Shown here in pieces: positions 8,041-17,348 of a stretch of DNA of 64,000 nt (the stretch's first letter is position 1; every line of letters begins with the position of its first letter). Location of the stretch: IMG/VR virus record IMGVR_UViG_3300027686_001029. The stretch is one strand, 5' to 3'. Both the position numbers and the translations under genes were made by a program. Origin of the DNA: a virus. The notes under the pieces were generated by a model that was given only the letters and a program-made list of their open reading frames with translations, did not search any database and was not told where the DNA came from.

Positions 8041-8529
8041 TTATTTAATGTTAAAGTTAATGAGTTTATTTTCAGAATATCTAAATGAATACTTTAATAG
8101 GTAACTGAAAAATAAATCTCCTATTATAGAGTTTATAAAGAAAGGAATTGCCATAGTATAACAAAGTAATAACCCTTCTATTGTTTTTGGATAACCACCT
8201 AACCAAACTCCAAAGTTGGTGATAATAAAAAAGATAACAGATGATGTTAATACATTTGTAACCTTTATCTTTTTCCAATATGTTCCTAGTAGGCTAATTA
8301 AAAAGAACGAACTATATACCCATATTGATATAGAGTAAAATCCTAGGTACAAATCAGATATTCCTAATGCTAGTATTGGTAGAAATATTCCTAACCATTT
8401 ATTTCTAAATGTAGTTGAACCAAATAACGCTAATGCAACTATTGGAGTAAAGTTTGGAGGATGTGGTATTAACCTTATTAAAACTGCAAATGCTACAAAT
8501 GCTAATATTAACTTCTCTTGTTTATTCAT
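8041..8529 (-). CDS. DUF6580 family putative transport protein (S-component-like membrane protein)
   Basis: RLIPHPPNFTPIVALALFG, ISDLYLGFY, FFIITNFGVW, CYTMAIPFF and GDLFFS motifs; about 5-6 TM segments. Confidence 0.8.
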   Translation of the reverse strand: MNKQEKLILAFVAFAVLIRLIPHPPNFTPIVALALFGSTTFRNKWLGIFLPILALGISDLYLGFYSISIWVYSSFFLISLLGTYWKKIKVTNVLTSSVIFFIITNFGVWLGGYPKTIEGLLLCYTMAIPFFINSIIGDLFFSYLLKYSFRYSENKLINFNIK

Positions 8530-8530
8530 A

Positions 8531-8749
8531 TTATTTTACTTTATATTTCTTTTTATATATTTCTTTAAAGCTAGTTCCTACACCAATCTGTTCTATAATA
8601 GCTCCATTAGGAAGCTTTCTAGATCTTGATGCTACGATAGGATCAGGGCATTTTAGATCTGTAAATTCCTTTATATAGTATTTACGTCCTCTTCCTATCG
8701 TGTATACCACTGCTATAGGAGTATGTTTAGATTTATATACGTATGCCAT
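8531..8749 (-). CDS. Hypothetical basic protein
   Basis: ORF track. Confidence 0.65.
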   Translation of the reverse strand: MAYVYKSKHTPIAVVYTIGRGRKYYIKEFTDLKCPDPIVASRSRKLPNGAIIEQIGVGTSFKEIYKKKYKVK

Positions 8750-8751
8750 AG

Positions 8752-8913
8752 TTATAATTTACTATCAGGATAAAAATTATCATCTTCGTCAAAGTTTGGT
8801 TTACTTTTACCTTTTCGACTGTATGCTTTTTTACTTTTCTCTACGTTAGGTTTTGATGCATTCCATATATCCTGCATCGATACTTGAACCTTTTTCAAAC
8901 TCTTCTTTTTCAC
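8752..8913 (-). CDS. Small basic hypothetical protein (53 aa)
   Basis: Manual translation from GTG: MKKKSLKKVQVSMQDIWNASKPNVEKSKKAYSRKGK...; GTGA coupling. Confidence 0.55.
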   Translation of the reverse strand: MKKKSLKKVQVSMQDIWNASKPNVEKSKKAYSRKGKSKPNFDEDDNFYPDSKL

Positions 8914-9743
8914 TTTGTTTCGCTTACTAATTGACTATTACGTTGAGCAGATTTAATTAAGTACTCTACCTTATCCATTCTGACTCTATCGTAAGTGTTA
9001 GTTGCTTCAGTATCAATATACGATTTAGTATTATCATCCCATCTATTACTCTTTTGGGTAATCTCTAAGTCTGCTGATTTACCAGAAGCAGTCATTCTTA
9101 ATACTTTTAAAGTTTTTATTCTACTTATACTCCAATCCCATCTTACCTCCAACTCAGGTAATTTACCTGACTCGCTATTAGTAAATGTAATTCCTTTTCC
9201 TGATAGTTTATCTCTTAAAGCTTTCTTTTCAAGTTTAGCAATATCGCTTTGCTGTGAGATTAAAGATTCTCTAAGCTCCTTCATAGGCTTATAAAATGTC
9301 TCAGTAAGCTTATCGTACTTTTTTTCGATAGTATTCCAAGCAGCAATTATATCGTCATTGTGATCAACAGCACATTGCATAAATTCAAATCTAGCTTGTG
9401 ACTCATTTAGCATATTTTCATCTAAAGTTTCATAAGTTGAACCATTATGGAATACCTTACTATCAACAACTCTTTCACCATTATCATCTCTTGACCAGTT
9501 GTAGTTTAATTGGTAAGATATAAGCTCTCCATACTTATCACCAGAGTATTTTAACCTTACACATTCATCGCTAGATATTTGACATATAAACTTTTCACTG
9601 TTTACGTGGAAGTAATTACCAAGCATAAGTCTCTGCTCGTTCTTTTTACGTCTTATTAATTTATGCGATCTATCTTCAAGCCCATTCTTACTATCGTAAA
9701 GCTCTTCTAATCTACTTTCTAAAATTTCTATTTGTTTTGACAT
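8910..9743 (-). CDS. Hypothetical coiled-coil protein
   Basis: ORF downstream of the promoter at 9775-9805. Confidence 0.75.
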   Translation of the reverse strand: MSKQIEILESRLEELYDSKNGLEDRSHKLIRRKKNEQRLMLGNYFHVNSEKFICQISSDECVRLKYSGDKYGELISYQLNYNWSRDDNGERVVDSKVFHNGSTYETLDENMLNESQARFEFMQCAVDHNDDIIAAWNTIEKKYDKLTETFYKPMKELRESLISQQSDIAKLEKKALRDKLSGKGITFTNSESGKLPELEVRWDWSISRIKTLKVLRMTASGKSADLEITQKSNRWDDNTKSYIDTEATNTYDRVRMDKVEYLIKSAQRNSQLVSETK

Positions 9744-9774
9744 AACCTTTATTTTATCTTTTTATTATACTATA

Positions 9775-9805
9775 AATATAAGAAATATAACTCGGGTAGG
9801 CAACT
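9775..9805 (-). promoter_or_regulatory. Phage consensus promoter (TTGCCT-N17-TATATT)
   Basis: Nearly identical to 16882-16912. Confidence 0.75.
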
Positions 9806-9817
9806 ATTTTTATAGTA

Positions 9818-10537
9818 TTATCCAAATATTTCAACCCTAATATCTTTAGTCATTTTAAATCCTCTTTTAGATAAATGCTCTCTACCTTCTTTTACCATTC
9901 TATCCCATCCACAATAGTATACTAGAGGTTTTTGTAGTCCTAAAAGTTGCTTTTCATCTATTAGTTTAAGATAATGTTCATGAACATATCCGGTTTTACC
10001 TTCCCACTCTTCTTGAGATAAAGTTGGAATAAATTTAAAATTAGGAAGTATGCTTTCAATAAGTTTCATTTCTTCCCAATAACATATGTCCTCTTGTTTT
10101 CTAGTACCAAAGAAAAGTTTTACTTCTTGAGTAGGAACTCCATTTAGAGCTATAAAATTAATCATAGAACGGAAAGGGCTTATACCTGAACCAGTAGATA
10201 CAAAGTAAAGGTCTCTATCTATAGTCTCTGGAAGAGTAAATACTCCCATTGGTCCTCTATACGCAAATTCATCACCTATCTTAGCCTCTTTAAATAGATA
10301 TTCACTCATTGCTCCTCCTTCTAAATAAGTGATAATTAATTCAAATCTAGGAGTACCATCTGCCCAAGAGGCAACTGAATAGTTACGAACTGCTGAATCT
10401 CCCTTACCAGGTTTGCTGCATAACTGTACTAGCATTCCTGATATCATATTAATCCTATCGAGTAAAGGATCTTCAAATATAAATCTCCAATTAGATTTAG
10501 TTTCTTTTATTATATCTACGAGTACTGCTACGTTCAT
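9818..10537 (-). CDS. Ferredoxin-NADP(+) reductase-like FAD/NAD(P)-binding oxidoreductase
   Basis: RNYSVAS, GGAMSEYL, GPMG, TGSGISPFRSM and YYCG motifs; terminal EIFG. Confidence 0.85.
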   Translation of the reverse strand: MNVAVLVDIIKETKSNWRFIFEDPLLDRINMISGMLVQLCSKPGKGDSAVRNYSVASWADGTPRFELIITYLEGGAMSEYLFKEAKIGDEFAYRGPMGVFTLPETIDRDLYFVSTGSGISPFRSMINFIALNGVPTQEVKLFFGTRKQEDICYWEEMKLIESILPNFKFIPTLSQEEWEGKTGYVHEHYLKLIDEKQLLGLQKPLVYYCGWDRMVKEGREHLSKRGFKMTKDIRVEIFG

Positions 10538-10713
10538 TAAAGTATTTGTTTTACGAATTCATATACAAAGGTTGCCAAACTAAATGGCCATAATAATGTA
10601 TGGAAGAATCTTTCTCTCCAAATCCAATTTCTACCTAATTCACCTTCAATATTACTGGTAGTATAGTATTCTAACCACCAGCACCATATAATTCCTACTA
10701 AAATATATCCCAT
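10537..10713 (-). CDS. Small Trp-rich membrane protein (58 aa)
   Basis: Manual translation MGYILVGIIWCWWLEYY...LLWPFSLATFVYEFVKQIL*. Confidence 0.6.
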   Translation of the reverse strand: MGYILVGIIWCWWLEYYTTSNIEGELGRNWIWRERFFHTLLWPFSLATFVYEFVKQIL

Positions 10714-10714
10714 T

Positions 10715-11860
10715 TTATTTACCGTTTATTAAAGTGCTTATTTTTATTGCTAATTCCCTAAACCAATTGCTACTATGGCCTCTTGTTGTTTCTGCTGCTG
10801 TTCCTATTCGGATACCACTAGTCTCTATGAAACTACGAGGATCGTTAGGAATACCGTTCTTATTAACAGTAATACCGTTCTCTTCTAACATATCAGCAAC
10901 TACTTTTCCACTATGATTTTTAGTGGATAAATCAATTAATATTAAATGAGAATCAGTTCCACCAGTTAAGATAGGTATATTATTATCTCTAAACACATCA
11001 CACATATGGTTTGCGTTTTCTTTTACCTTAACACAGTACTCCTTAAACTCTGGTGTATTTGCTTCTATAAAACATTGTGCTTTAGCAGCAATTATATGCA
11101 TTAGAGGACCACCTTGAGTACCCGGAAATATTGCTCCATTTATTTTCTTTGTATAATCTGAGTTATTCCAGATAATAATTCCGCCTCTCGGTCCTCTTAA
11201 GGTTTTATGAGTTGTTGAAGTTACAACATCTGCATACTCAACTGGATTAGGGTATTCTCCTCCTGCGATAAGACCTGAGTAATGAGCCATATCTACTAAA
11301 AGTATTGCTCCTACTTCATCAGCTATTTCTCTAAACTTCTTCCAATTGATTATTCTTGAATAAGCACTTGCACCAGCTATAATCATTTTTGGTTTTACTT
11401 TTAATGCATAATTTCTTATACCATCGTAATTTAAAAAACCATCTATATCTACTCCGTATGAATATGCATCATAAATTTTACCTGAAATGTTAGGTTTGCT
11501 TCCATGTGATAAATGCCCTCCACTAGCTAAACCCATCCCTAATATCCTATCACCTGGTTTTAAGAATGCTTGAAATACTGCTGTATTAGCATTTGCTCCA
11601 CAATGAGGTTGTACATTGGCAAAGTTACAACTGTATAATTTTTTGAGTTCCTCTATTGCAAGATTTTCAATTTCATCCATATGATCACATCCATTGTAAT
11701 ACCTTTTGCCGGGATACCCTTCTGCGTATTTATTTGTAAGTATTGAGCCTGCTAATTCCATAACAGCATCAGAAGCAAAGTTTTCACTAGCAATTAGTTC
11801 TATAGTACTTGATTGTCTACTCTTTTCTTTATCGAGTATATCTATGATTCGTTTATCCAT
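10715..11860 (-). CDS. glyA: Serine hydroxymethyltransferase
   Basis: LIASENF, NKYAEGYPGKRYY, TTHKTLRGPRGG (PLP lysine) and FPGTQGGP motifs. Confidence 0.97.
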   Translation of the reverse strand: MDKRIIDILDKEKSRQSSTIELIASENFASDAVMELAGSILTNKYAEGYPGKRYYNGCDHMDEIENLAIEELKKLYSCNFANVQPHCGANANTAVFQAFLKPGDRILGMGLASGGHLSHGSKPNISGKIYDAYSYGVDIDGFLNYDGIRNYALKVKPKMIIAGASAYSRIINWKKFREIADEVGAILLVDMAHYSGLIAGGEYPNPVEYADVVTSTTHKTLRGPRGGIIIWNNSDYTKKINGAIFPGTQGGPLMHIIAAKAQCFIEANTPEFKEYCVKVKENANHMCDVFRDNNIPILTGGTDSHLILIDLSTKNHSGKVVADMLEENGITVNKNGIPNDPRSFIETSGIRIGTAAETTRGHSSNWFRELAIKISTLINGK

Positions 11861-12446
11861 TTAAATCTCTTTTAATGTCTTTTGTAACTACTTTTAAGTA
11901 TTTTTTTCTAGTTGCTGCATCTACAAAAGGTACGGACCAGAATTGCTTGGTCTTAAACCATCTATTAAGATTCCAGCCAAATACAAATGTATATACTCCC
12001 ATCACCAATCTTAACTTAACTGAATTCAGATATAGTGTTATAACTGGAAGCATTGGAGCTCCATGGGTAATATAGGTTCTAACTTTTTTATCACTTAATT
12101 TTGGTTTAGGGTAAGCATATTTACCAAACAAAGGTACAAAGTTATATGCAAATCCCGGTGTAAGAACTTCATCAAAGAATGTTTCCATCTTAGGAGTTAA
12201 TCTAAACCACCAAACAGGAGATATAAAATATAAGTGAGTAGCCCAAGTAACAGAGTTTTTATAGTTTTGTATCATTTCAGTCTTATCTCTATGGAGTTTA
12301 TCCTCGTATAAATCAATAACTCTCCAAGCTACCTGATCTGGGCAATTCTTAAATGTACGTACTATTGTTTTAAATATACCGTTGTAACAAAATGATTTTT
12401 GATCTGGGTGACCTACTATAACTAAGTGTTTAAAATTCTTTTTCAC
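11853..12446 (-). CDS. Flavodoxin-fold NAD(P)H-dependent oxidoreductase (Flavodoxin_2, MdaB/KefF-like)
   Basis: GHPDQKSF, SPVWWF, FFDEVLTPGFAY and THGAP motifs. Confidence 0.85.
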   Translation of the reverse strand: MKKNFKHLVIVGHPDQKSFCYNGIFKTIVRTFKNCPDQVAWRVIDLYEDKLHRDKTEMIQNYKNSVTWATHLYFISPVWWFRLTPKMETFFDEVLTPGFAYNFVPLFGKYAYPKPKLSDKKVRTYITHGAPMLPVITLYLNSVKLRLVMGVYTFVFGWNLNRWFKTKQFWSVPFVDAATRKKYLKVVTKDIKRDLNG

Positions 12447-12825
12447 TAACTTCTTTTAAATGTTTACATTTACGATGAGCTATATAGCCCCAACAGTCAC
12501 AATGCAGACCGTTTTTGCCTTCTCTTACAGTATATTCTTTGTCTGATGTAGCTGATTTAAACTTCCAGTTTTTAGGTTCAACAAATAGCTCTTCAAATAA
12601 CTCTTTCTTAGGTTCTTCCACTATTATATCTTTTAATTCAGTTTTATAATGAACTTTTATCCAATGAGGCATTATATACTTCCCCGATATTGTATTAGCT
12701 ATACCGTATACTGGAGCTTTACATTCATAGTAATGCCTCTTTACACTGGTACCTGAAACTGGTGGAGACTGTATATACCCTCTTTGAGAATATTCAATGT
12801 TACCGTTTATATTAAATAGTGCCAT
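12430..12825 (-). CDS. SWIM zinc finger protein
   Basis: CDCWGY-x4-KCKH. Confidence 0.75.
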   Translation of the reverse strand: MALFNINGNIEYSQRGYIQSPPVSGTSVKRHYYECKAPVYGIANTISGKYIMPHWIKVHYKTELKDIIVEEPKKELFEELFVEPKNWKFKSATSDKEYTVREGKNGLHCDCWGYIAHRKCKHLKEVSEKEF

Positions 12826-12845
12826 AACCTTTATTTTTATATCTA

Positions 12846-12874
12846 AATATACGAATATTTACTTGTTTTAACAA
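12846..12874 (-). promoter_or_regulatory. Phage consensus promoter (TTGTTA-N17-TATATT)
   Basis: Consensus match upstream of 12430..12825. Confidence 0.65.
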
Positions 12875-12875
12875 A

Positions 12876-13142
12876 CTATCCCCATAGAAATATCCCGTAA
12901 CCAACTAAGAGGTTACCATTAAGGAGAACTAGGTTCCATTGTTTAGCTAACCACACTTGAGGAGTAGTTAGTACTGCGCCGATAAGGTATGTATACCCTC
13001 CTATATCGCCGTATGGAATTAAATAAGGAGACAGAATAAGAAATCCTGTGCCCATATATGCTGCCCTATTAGCTAATTTCTCACTAGGAGTAATTTTTCG
13101 TTCCTTAACTAATGATTTTATGAACTGTTTATAATTACGCAT
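12876..13142 (-). CDS. Small multi-pass membrane protein
   Basis: About 3 hydrophobic segments. Confidence 0.65.
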   Translation of the reverse strand: MRNYKQFIKSLVKERKITPSEKLANRAAYMGTGFLILSPYLIPYGDIGGYTYLIGAVLTTPQVWLAKQWNLVLLNGNLLVGYGIFLWG

Positions 13143-13323
13143 ATATAGTAATTCGAGTTTTTAATTCCTCACTTACTAATCTTCTTACCGCTCTTCTACC
13201 TGCTGGAGCTTTAGAGATAAGTTCATAACTATACCCTTCTACAGATATTCCTTGACCTTCGATCATAGTATCTGAAATCTTTCCGTTCATTCTTGATTTG
13301 GCAATGTAATACTCCTTCTTCAT
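13135..13323 (-). CDS. Hypothetical protein
   Basis: ORF downstream of -10 element at 13351-13356. Confidence 0.65.
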   Translation of the reverse strand: MKKEYYIAKSRMNGKISDTMIEGQGISVEGYSYELISKAPAGRRAVRRLVSEELKTRITIYA

Positions 13324-13364
13324 AACTTTTATTTAAATTTATTATACCTTAATATACGAACTTT

Positions 13365-14126
13365 CTACCTGTGATCAAAATATATCTTCTTATATTTTAA
13401 CTTTTCTATATACTCGTTAAAAGTATTTTGATCATCTATCCACCAATCTAGTTCATGTTGTTTACCTATTACTACTTGAGGTTCTATAGTCTCTATATAC
13501 TGTTCCATTGTTAGACCAGAGTCTAAAGCATATTTCATAACCGAAAGCTCATCAGGAACTGCTAATAGGTTATTGTCCATAGATAACTGTATAAGTTTTT
13601 TTGCAACCAGTAAAGAATTACAGTACACAAAGCCAGTATTAGGAATTACATACCCTCCTTTATATTTATAAGAATTAGCTTTGACTTGTTTCTCTAATTC
13701 AGTAATAAAAGGATTAATATTTTTAACTTTTTTTAGCTCTACAAAAGCTTTTTCAGGGTAAATATATAAAGGCACTTGTAAAGGACCTCCTACTTTTAAA
13801 GAAGTATAGAATTCTGAGTCAATCGGTCTGATTAAATGACAGTCCCAATCTACAAGAACTACCTCTTGAAATAACTCTACTCCTATTTCAATAGCTTTAA
13901 GCTTATGGTTTAAACTTCTAAAGTCTTTAAATGTATGATCCGATGCAATGCTAGTATCATAAGGTCCGTCATGTACTAAATAACAATCAAAACCTTTTTC
14001 AGTAAGTATTTTTTCATTCTCTTTACCCCAAACTATAACTTTTTCATTCAAGTTATCTAATTTAGCCTCATCCATTTGATGAATATATTTAGAGAGGTCT
14101 CCCCAAAAAGTTCTTATAAATACCAT
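13365..14126 (-). CDS. Nucleotide-diphospho-sugar transferase (GT-A)-like protein
   Basis: VLVDWD (DxD) motif, PNTGFVY and DE motifs. Confidence 0.55.
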   Translation of the reverse strand: MVFIRTFWGDLSKYIHQMDEAKLDNLNEKVIVWGKENEKILTEKGFDCYLVHDGPYDTSIASDHTFKDFRSLNHKLKAIEIGVELFQEVVLVDWDCHLIRPIDSEFYTSLKVGGPLQVPLYIYPEKAFVELKKVKNINPFITELEKQVKANSYKYKGGYVIPNTGFVYCNSLLVAKKLIQLSMDNNLLAVPDELSVMKYALDSGLTMEQYIETIEPQVVIGKQHELDWWIDDQNTFNEYIEKLKYKKIYFDHR

Positions 14127-14784
14127 TGTATTGATTTAAAATTGATAAATGTATATGTTTATGTGCTTGTTCGTCAGGATGTAAATCTTCCCTATCTACA
14201 CCTCTTCCGGAATGCATTAAGCCTGTTTTATTTTCTCTATTGTAATCTTTTATAGATAAGTTACCGAATATTTTTACAGTATGTTCATCAATATACTTTT
14301 TAAAGCTATCATCTAAATGTAAAAACAAGTACTTAGTAACCATAGAAGACAGAAGATTATTAGGACAATTATAATTATAAAAGTCACTATCAGAGCCCCA
14401 CTTATTAATATAATCTATTAGAGTTAATAATTTGTCAGGATTAGGATACTTATCTCTACCGCCACCATGTTTATCAAATACCTCTAATGTTTCCTCAAGA
14501 GTAGATGCTAGTCCGGCTGAAGAATAATATTTATCATCATCTCCTATTCTATATCCTTTTCTCACTCCTGCTGTAAATTGGTATATAACTAAGTCATCCT
14601 CTGTAAAATTAGGAGCATCTTGTTGTAGCCTATGAAAGGTTTCTCTATGATCTATAGCAATTTCAGCTCTATTAACTAATTCTTTTTCAAACCAATTCGC
14701 AGTAAGTTGCATCCAACTTTCATGTTCTTCTATAAAGAAAGGAATACTAAACGAACAACCGTATACATATAACTTACCCAACAC
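14089..14784 (-). CDS. SGNH/GDSL-like hydrolase
   Basis: YVYGCSFS block I; C-terminal DLHP...H. Confidence 0.65.
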   Translation of the reverse strand: MLGKLYVYGCSFSIPFFIEEHESWMQLTANWFEKELVNRAEIAIDHRETFHRLQQDAPNFTEDDLVIYQFTAGVRKGYRIGDDDKYYSSAGLASTLEETLEVFDKHGGGRDKYPNPDKLLTLIDYINKWGSDSDFYNYNCPNNLLSSMVTKYLFLHLDDSFKKYIDEHTVKIFGNLSIKDYNRENKTGLMHSGRGVDREDLHPDEQAHKHIHLSILNQYNGIYKNFLGRPL

Positions 14785-15487
14785 TTTGTATATTAAAATT
14801 AATAACTGCTCTTTGTGTTTTACCGTAAAATGGTTTAACTGAATGAACTATGTCGTAAGGCCATAATATAAGCATACCTTTTTTAGGTCTAATAAAATGG
14901 AGTTGTCCTCTGATATGAAAAGCAAAAGCTCCAGAGTAAGGATGATCCTTAATAGGTTCTCCATCTGCTAGATAATATCCTCCGGAAAACATAAGAGGTT
15001 TTTCTTCTCCTCTTTGCCATCTACAATGGTTGTGAGCATTATGTCCTCTGCCTGAATATGGTTCGTAATATTGAAGCCAGCTCTCTGTTATTTTAGATTC
15101 ATATATAGGTTTATTGATAGACTCTGCTAATATACTGAAGCCTTCTGTAATTCTGTTATTGATATTAGTAACTAGTGGATTATCTATTTCTAGGAAATCA
15201 TTAGGAGGAGTATAAAACCTACTTCCAATAGGGATATCCTCATCTTCTTCTACCCATGTTTCTTTATAGTCAGAAGGTAGTTCATACCATTTCTGTCTAT
15301 TTTCATCATATTGATCAGGAAGCTCTTGACCCATTTGTTTCTGCTCAGGAGATAAATGTTTTAATCCTAATCTAAACACAGCGTCTTGAAAGTCGTCATC
15401 TTCAAATTGCTTACAGTATACGGGTATAGGTGCTAGGTGAAATATGTTCTCCTCTGAAGTTTTATGAAGGGGTTTATCAAAGTACAT
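14774..15487 (-). CDS. Putative 2OG-Fe(II) oxygenase
   Basis: SWLQYY, HNH, GMLILWP...HSVKP and RAVINFN motifs. Confidence 0.8.
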   Translation of the reverse strand: MYFDKPLHKTSEENIFHLAPIPVYCKQFEDDDFQDAVFRLGLKHLSPEQKQMGQELPDQYDENRQKWYELPSDYKETWVEEDEDIPIGSRFYTPPNDFLEIDNPLVTNINNRITEGFSILAESINKPIYESKITESWLQYYEPYSGRGHNAHNHCRWQRGEEKPLMFSGGYYLADGEPIKDHPYSGAFAFHIRGQLHFIRPKKGMLILWPYDIVHSVKPFYGKTQRAVINFNIQSVG

Positions 15488-15886
15488 TTAAATTGAATTA
15501 GAGATTAAATTCTTAAACTTTGTAGTAGACCATCCGTGGCTTCTATCTAAATAATGGACAGGTATTTTTAAAACGTCTCCAGTATAAGGCTTATCTATAT
15601 AGTCATCTCCTAAGAATCTAATATCAAATTCTCCAATCTTCAATAGATCTAGTAACGTTTCTTCATAAGTATAGCTAAATACATCATCTATATACCTATT
15701 GCTGTGAAGCATTTCTTTTCTATCTTCTAGAGATAGTATAGGTTTAAGCTTATTTGGTCTCTCTATTGAAGGGTCCGTGTGAAGTAGAACAATAAGACAG
15801 TCGCAATGTAGTTTTGCTTCTTTAAACATCGCAATATAACCAGGATGCATAACATCAAAGTTACCTGCTATAACTCCTTTTTTCAT
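15488..15886 (-). CDS. Cytidylyltransferase (TagD/RfaE-like HxGH family)
   Basis: GNFDVMHPGY, GDDY and STT motifs. Confidence 0.88.
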   Translation of the reverse strand: MKKGVIAGNFDVMHPGYIAMFKEAKLHCDCLIVLLHTDPSIERPNKLKPILSLEDRKEMLHSNRYIDDVFSYTYEETLLDLLKIGEFDIRFLGDDYIDKPYTGDVLKIPVHYLDRSHGWSTTKFKNLISNSI

Positions 15887-16029
15887 AACGCGTATACTTT
15901 TTCATAACATGATTGACATAACTGTCCAGCTGCTGCTACATAAAAACTTCTATTAAAAATATTATCTGCAAACTTATAGGGAGTATTCTCCCCACAGTTC
16001 ACACATTTTTCTATTGAATCTGGTATCAT
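15883..16029 (-). CDS. Small CxxC-CxxC zinc finger protein (48 aa)
   Basis: Manual translation MIPDSIEKCVNCGE...AAGQLCQSCYEKVYAL*; ATGA coupling on both sides. Confidence 0.65.
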   Translation of the reverse strand: MIPDSIEKCVNCGENTPYKFADNIFNRSFYVAAAGQLCQSCYEKVYAL

Positions 16030-16850
16030 ATTAAATTTGTTGCTAGCTTAAATAATTCTTTATTAACTTTCATATCCTTTTCAAAAGATTTAATCTTACG
16101 AACTTTTCTAACTTTAGCTCCAGTTAAGGCAGCATGAAAGTCTCCTTGAGTGATCTTTTCTTGAATTACGTTAAAAGTTCTCCATAGATCATCTCCTCTA
16201 TCTTCTGAACGTTTAGGTTCTAAGATTTCATCTATAGTTTCTTCATCATAGTTTAAAGTCTTAACTCCTGCTCTAATTAACATAGCATCTAAAGCTAATT
16301 GTCTTTTCTCATCAGTAGAAAGTATTCTTGACTTCATATTATTAAGTACTTCTACTTTGTTAGGTAGATCTTTTACTGCCTCTACCACAACGTTCCTAAG
16401 CTCTCCAAAGGTATAACCTTTATGCTTTATTTTGAATGAAGAAAACTTTTCATCAGCGACAACTAATCCATTAGAACAAACCATTCTAAATATACCAACT
16501 GAAAATTGAAATGATTGCATGCCATCGTGAGAGTTAGTCATAATAATTCTAGGATAAGCATCATCGCCATCTTTAGAAGTAATTTTGATATCTGGATTTT
16601 GAAATGAAATCATATGTTTAGAGAAAATAGTAGATTTCCCTTTACTTTTTCTCTGAGCAGAAGTAACTGGGAACCAGTTTAACTTTGCTAAGTCATCAAT
16701 TATTGTTTCTGAATTAACAAAAAGATACTTATCACTAACATCTGGGTTAGTAGGAGCATCTGCAAACACTAATGGAGTTGACTTTCTAATTTGATCTTTT
16801 GTGAGGTAAGAATCTAAACCTTTACCGAAACTTGATATTACATCTGACAT
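16026..16850 (-). CDS. DUF932 (DUF945) domain protein
   Basis: SKHMISF, PRIIMTNSHDG, GIFRMVCSNGLV and LWRTFNVIQE motifs. Confidence 0.88.
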   Translation of the reverse strand: MSDVISSFGKGLDSYLTKDQIRKSTPLVFADAPTNPDVSDKYLFVNSETIIDDLAKLNWFPVTSAQRKSKGKSTIFSKHMISFQNPDIKITSKDGDDAYPRIIMTNSHDGMQSFQFSVGIFRMVCSNGLVVADEKFSSFKIKHKGYTFGELRNVVVEAVKDLPNKVEVLNNMKSRILSTDEKRQLALDAMLIRAGVKTLNYDEETIDEILEPKRSEDRGDDLWRTFNVIQEKITQGDFHAALTGAKVRKVRKIKSFEKDMKVNKELFKLATNLI

Positions 16851-16881
16851 AATTATAACCTTTTTAAATTAATATACTATA

Positions 16882-16912
16882 AATATAAGGAGAATAACTC
16901 GGGTAGGCAACT
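16882..16912 (-). promoter_or_regulatory. Phage consensus promoter (TTGCCT-N17-TATATT)
   Basis: Nearly identical to 9775-9805. Confidence 0.75.
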
Positions 16913-16918
16913 ACTTAC

Positions 16919-17290
16919 TTAGTTATTTCCTAAAATATTTTTAAGTTTTTGTGCTTTTTCTACAGCAGTATCAGGATGTAAATCTGGGTCAACTATCTTT
17001 TCTAGTTTAAGCCCTTCAATTTTCTTATTAGGAATATACCTCCATGTGTATCCCATTTCTCCATATACACCGAATACACTTTGAGTCCATCCAATACTAA
17101 TAATCATTGCTTGCTTGCCGTCTAATAGTACTTTATCTCCTTCATTAAAATGTTTATTTGTTCTGAACTTCATGCCTTCCATTAATGAAGCTACTAAATC
17201 TTTTACCCACATTATTACGAGTATAGATAAAGCAATTTCGATAAACTCGACATAAAAATTAGACAACTCTACTTTAGGTAAATTTTGCAT
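16919..17290 (-). CDS. MscS-like membrane protein (one TM helix plus MscS beta domain)
   Basis: FNEGDKVLLDG...IISIGWTQS...IPN. Confidence 0.6.
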   Translation of the reverse strand: MQNLPKVELSNFYVEFIEIALSILVIMWVKDLVASLMEGMKFRTNKHFNEGDKVLLDGKQAMIISIGWTQSVFGVYGEMGYTWRYIPNKKIEGLKLEKIVDPDLHPDTAVEKAQKLKNILGNN

Positions 17291-17348
17291 CTGTTATTAT
17301 TTTTAAGGTTAAGTAATGCTACCTTTAAACAGAACATATTTTTGTTAC

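Noticed and set aside
8530-8913. Cobalamin riboswitch upstream of the BtuG-like/DUF6580 pair
   Set aside because: The upstream space is occupied by two small ORFs and no B12-box-like sequence was seen
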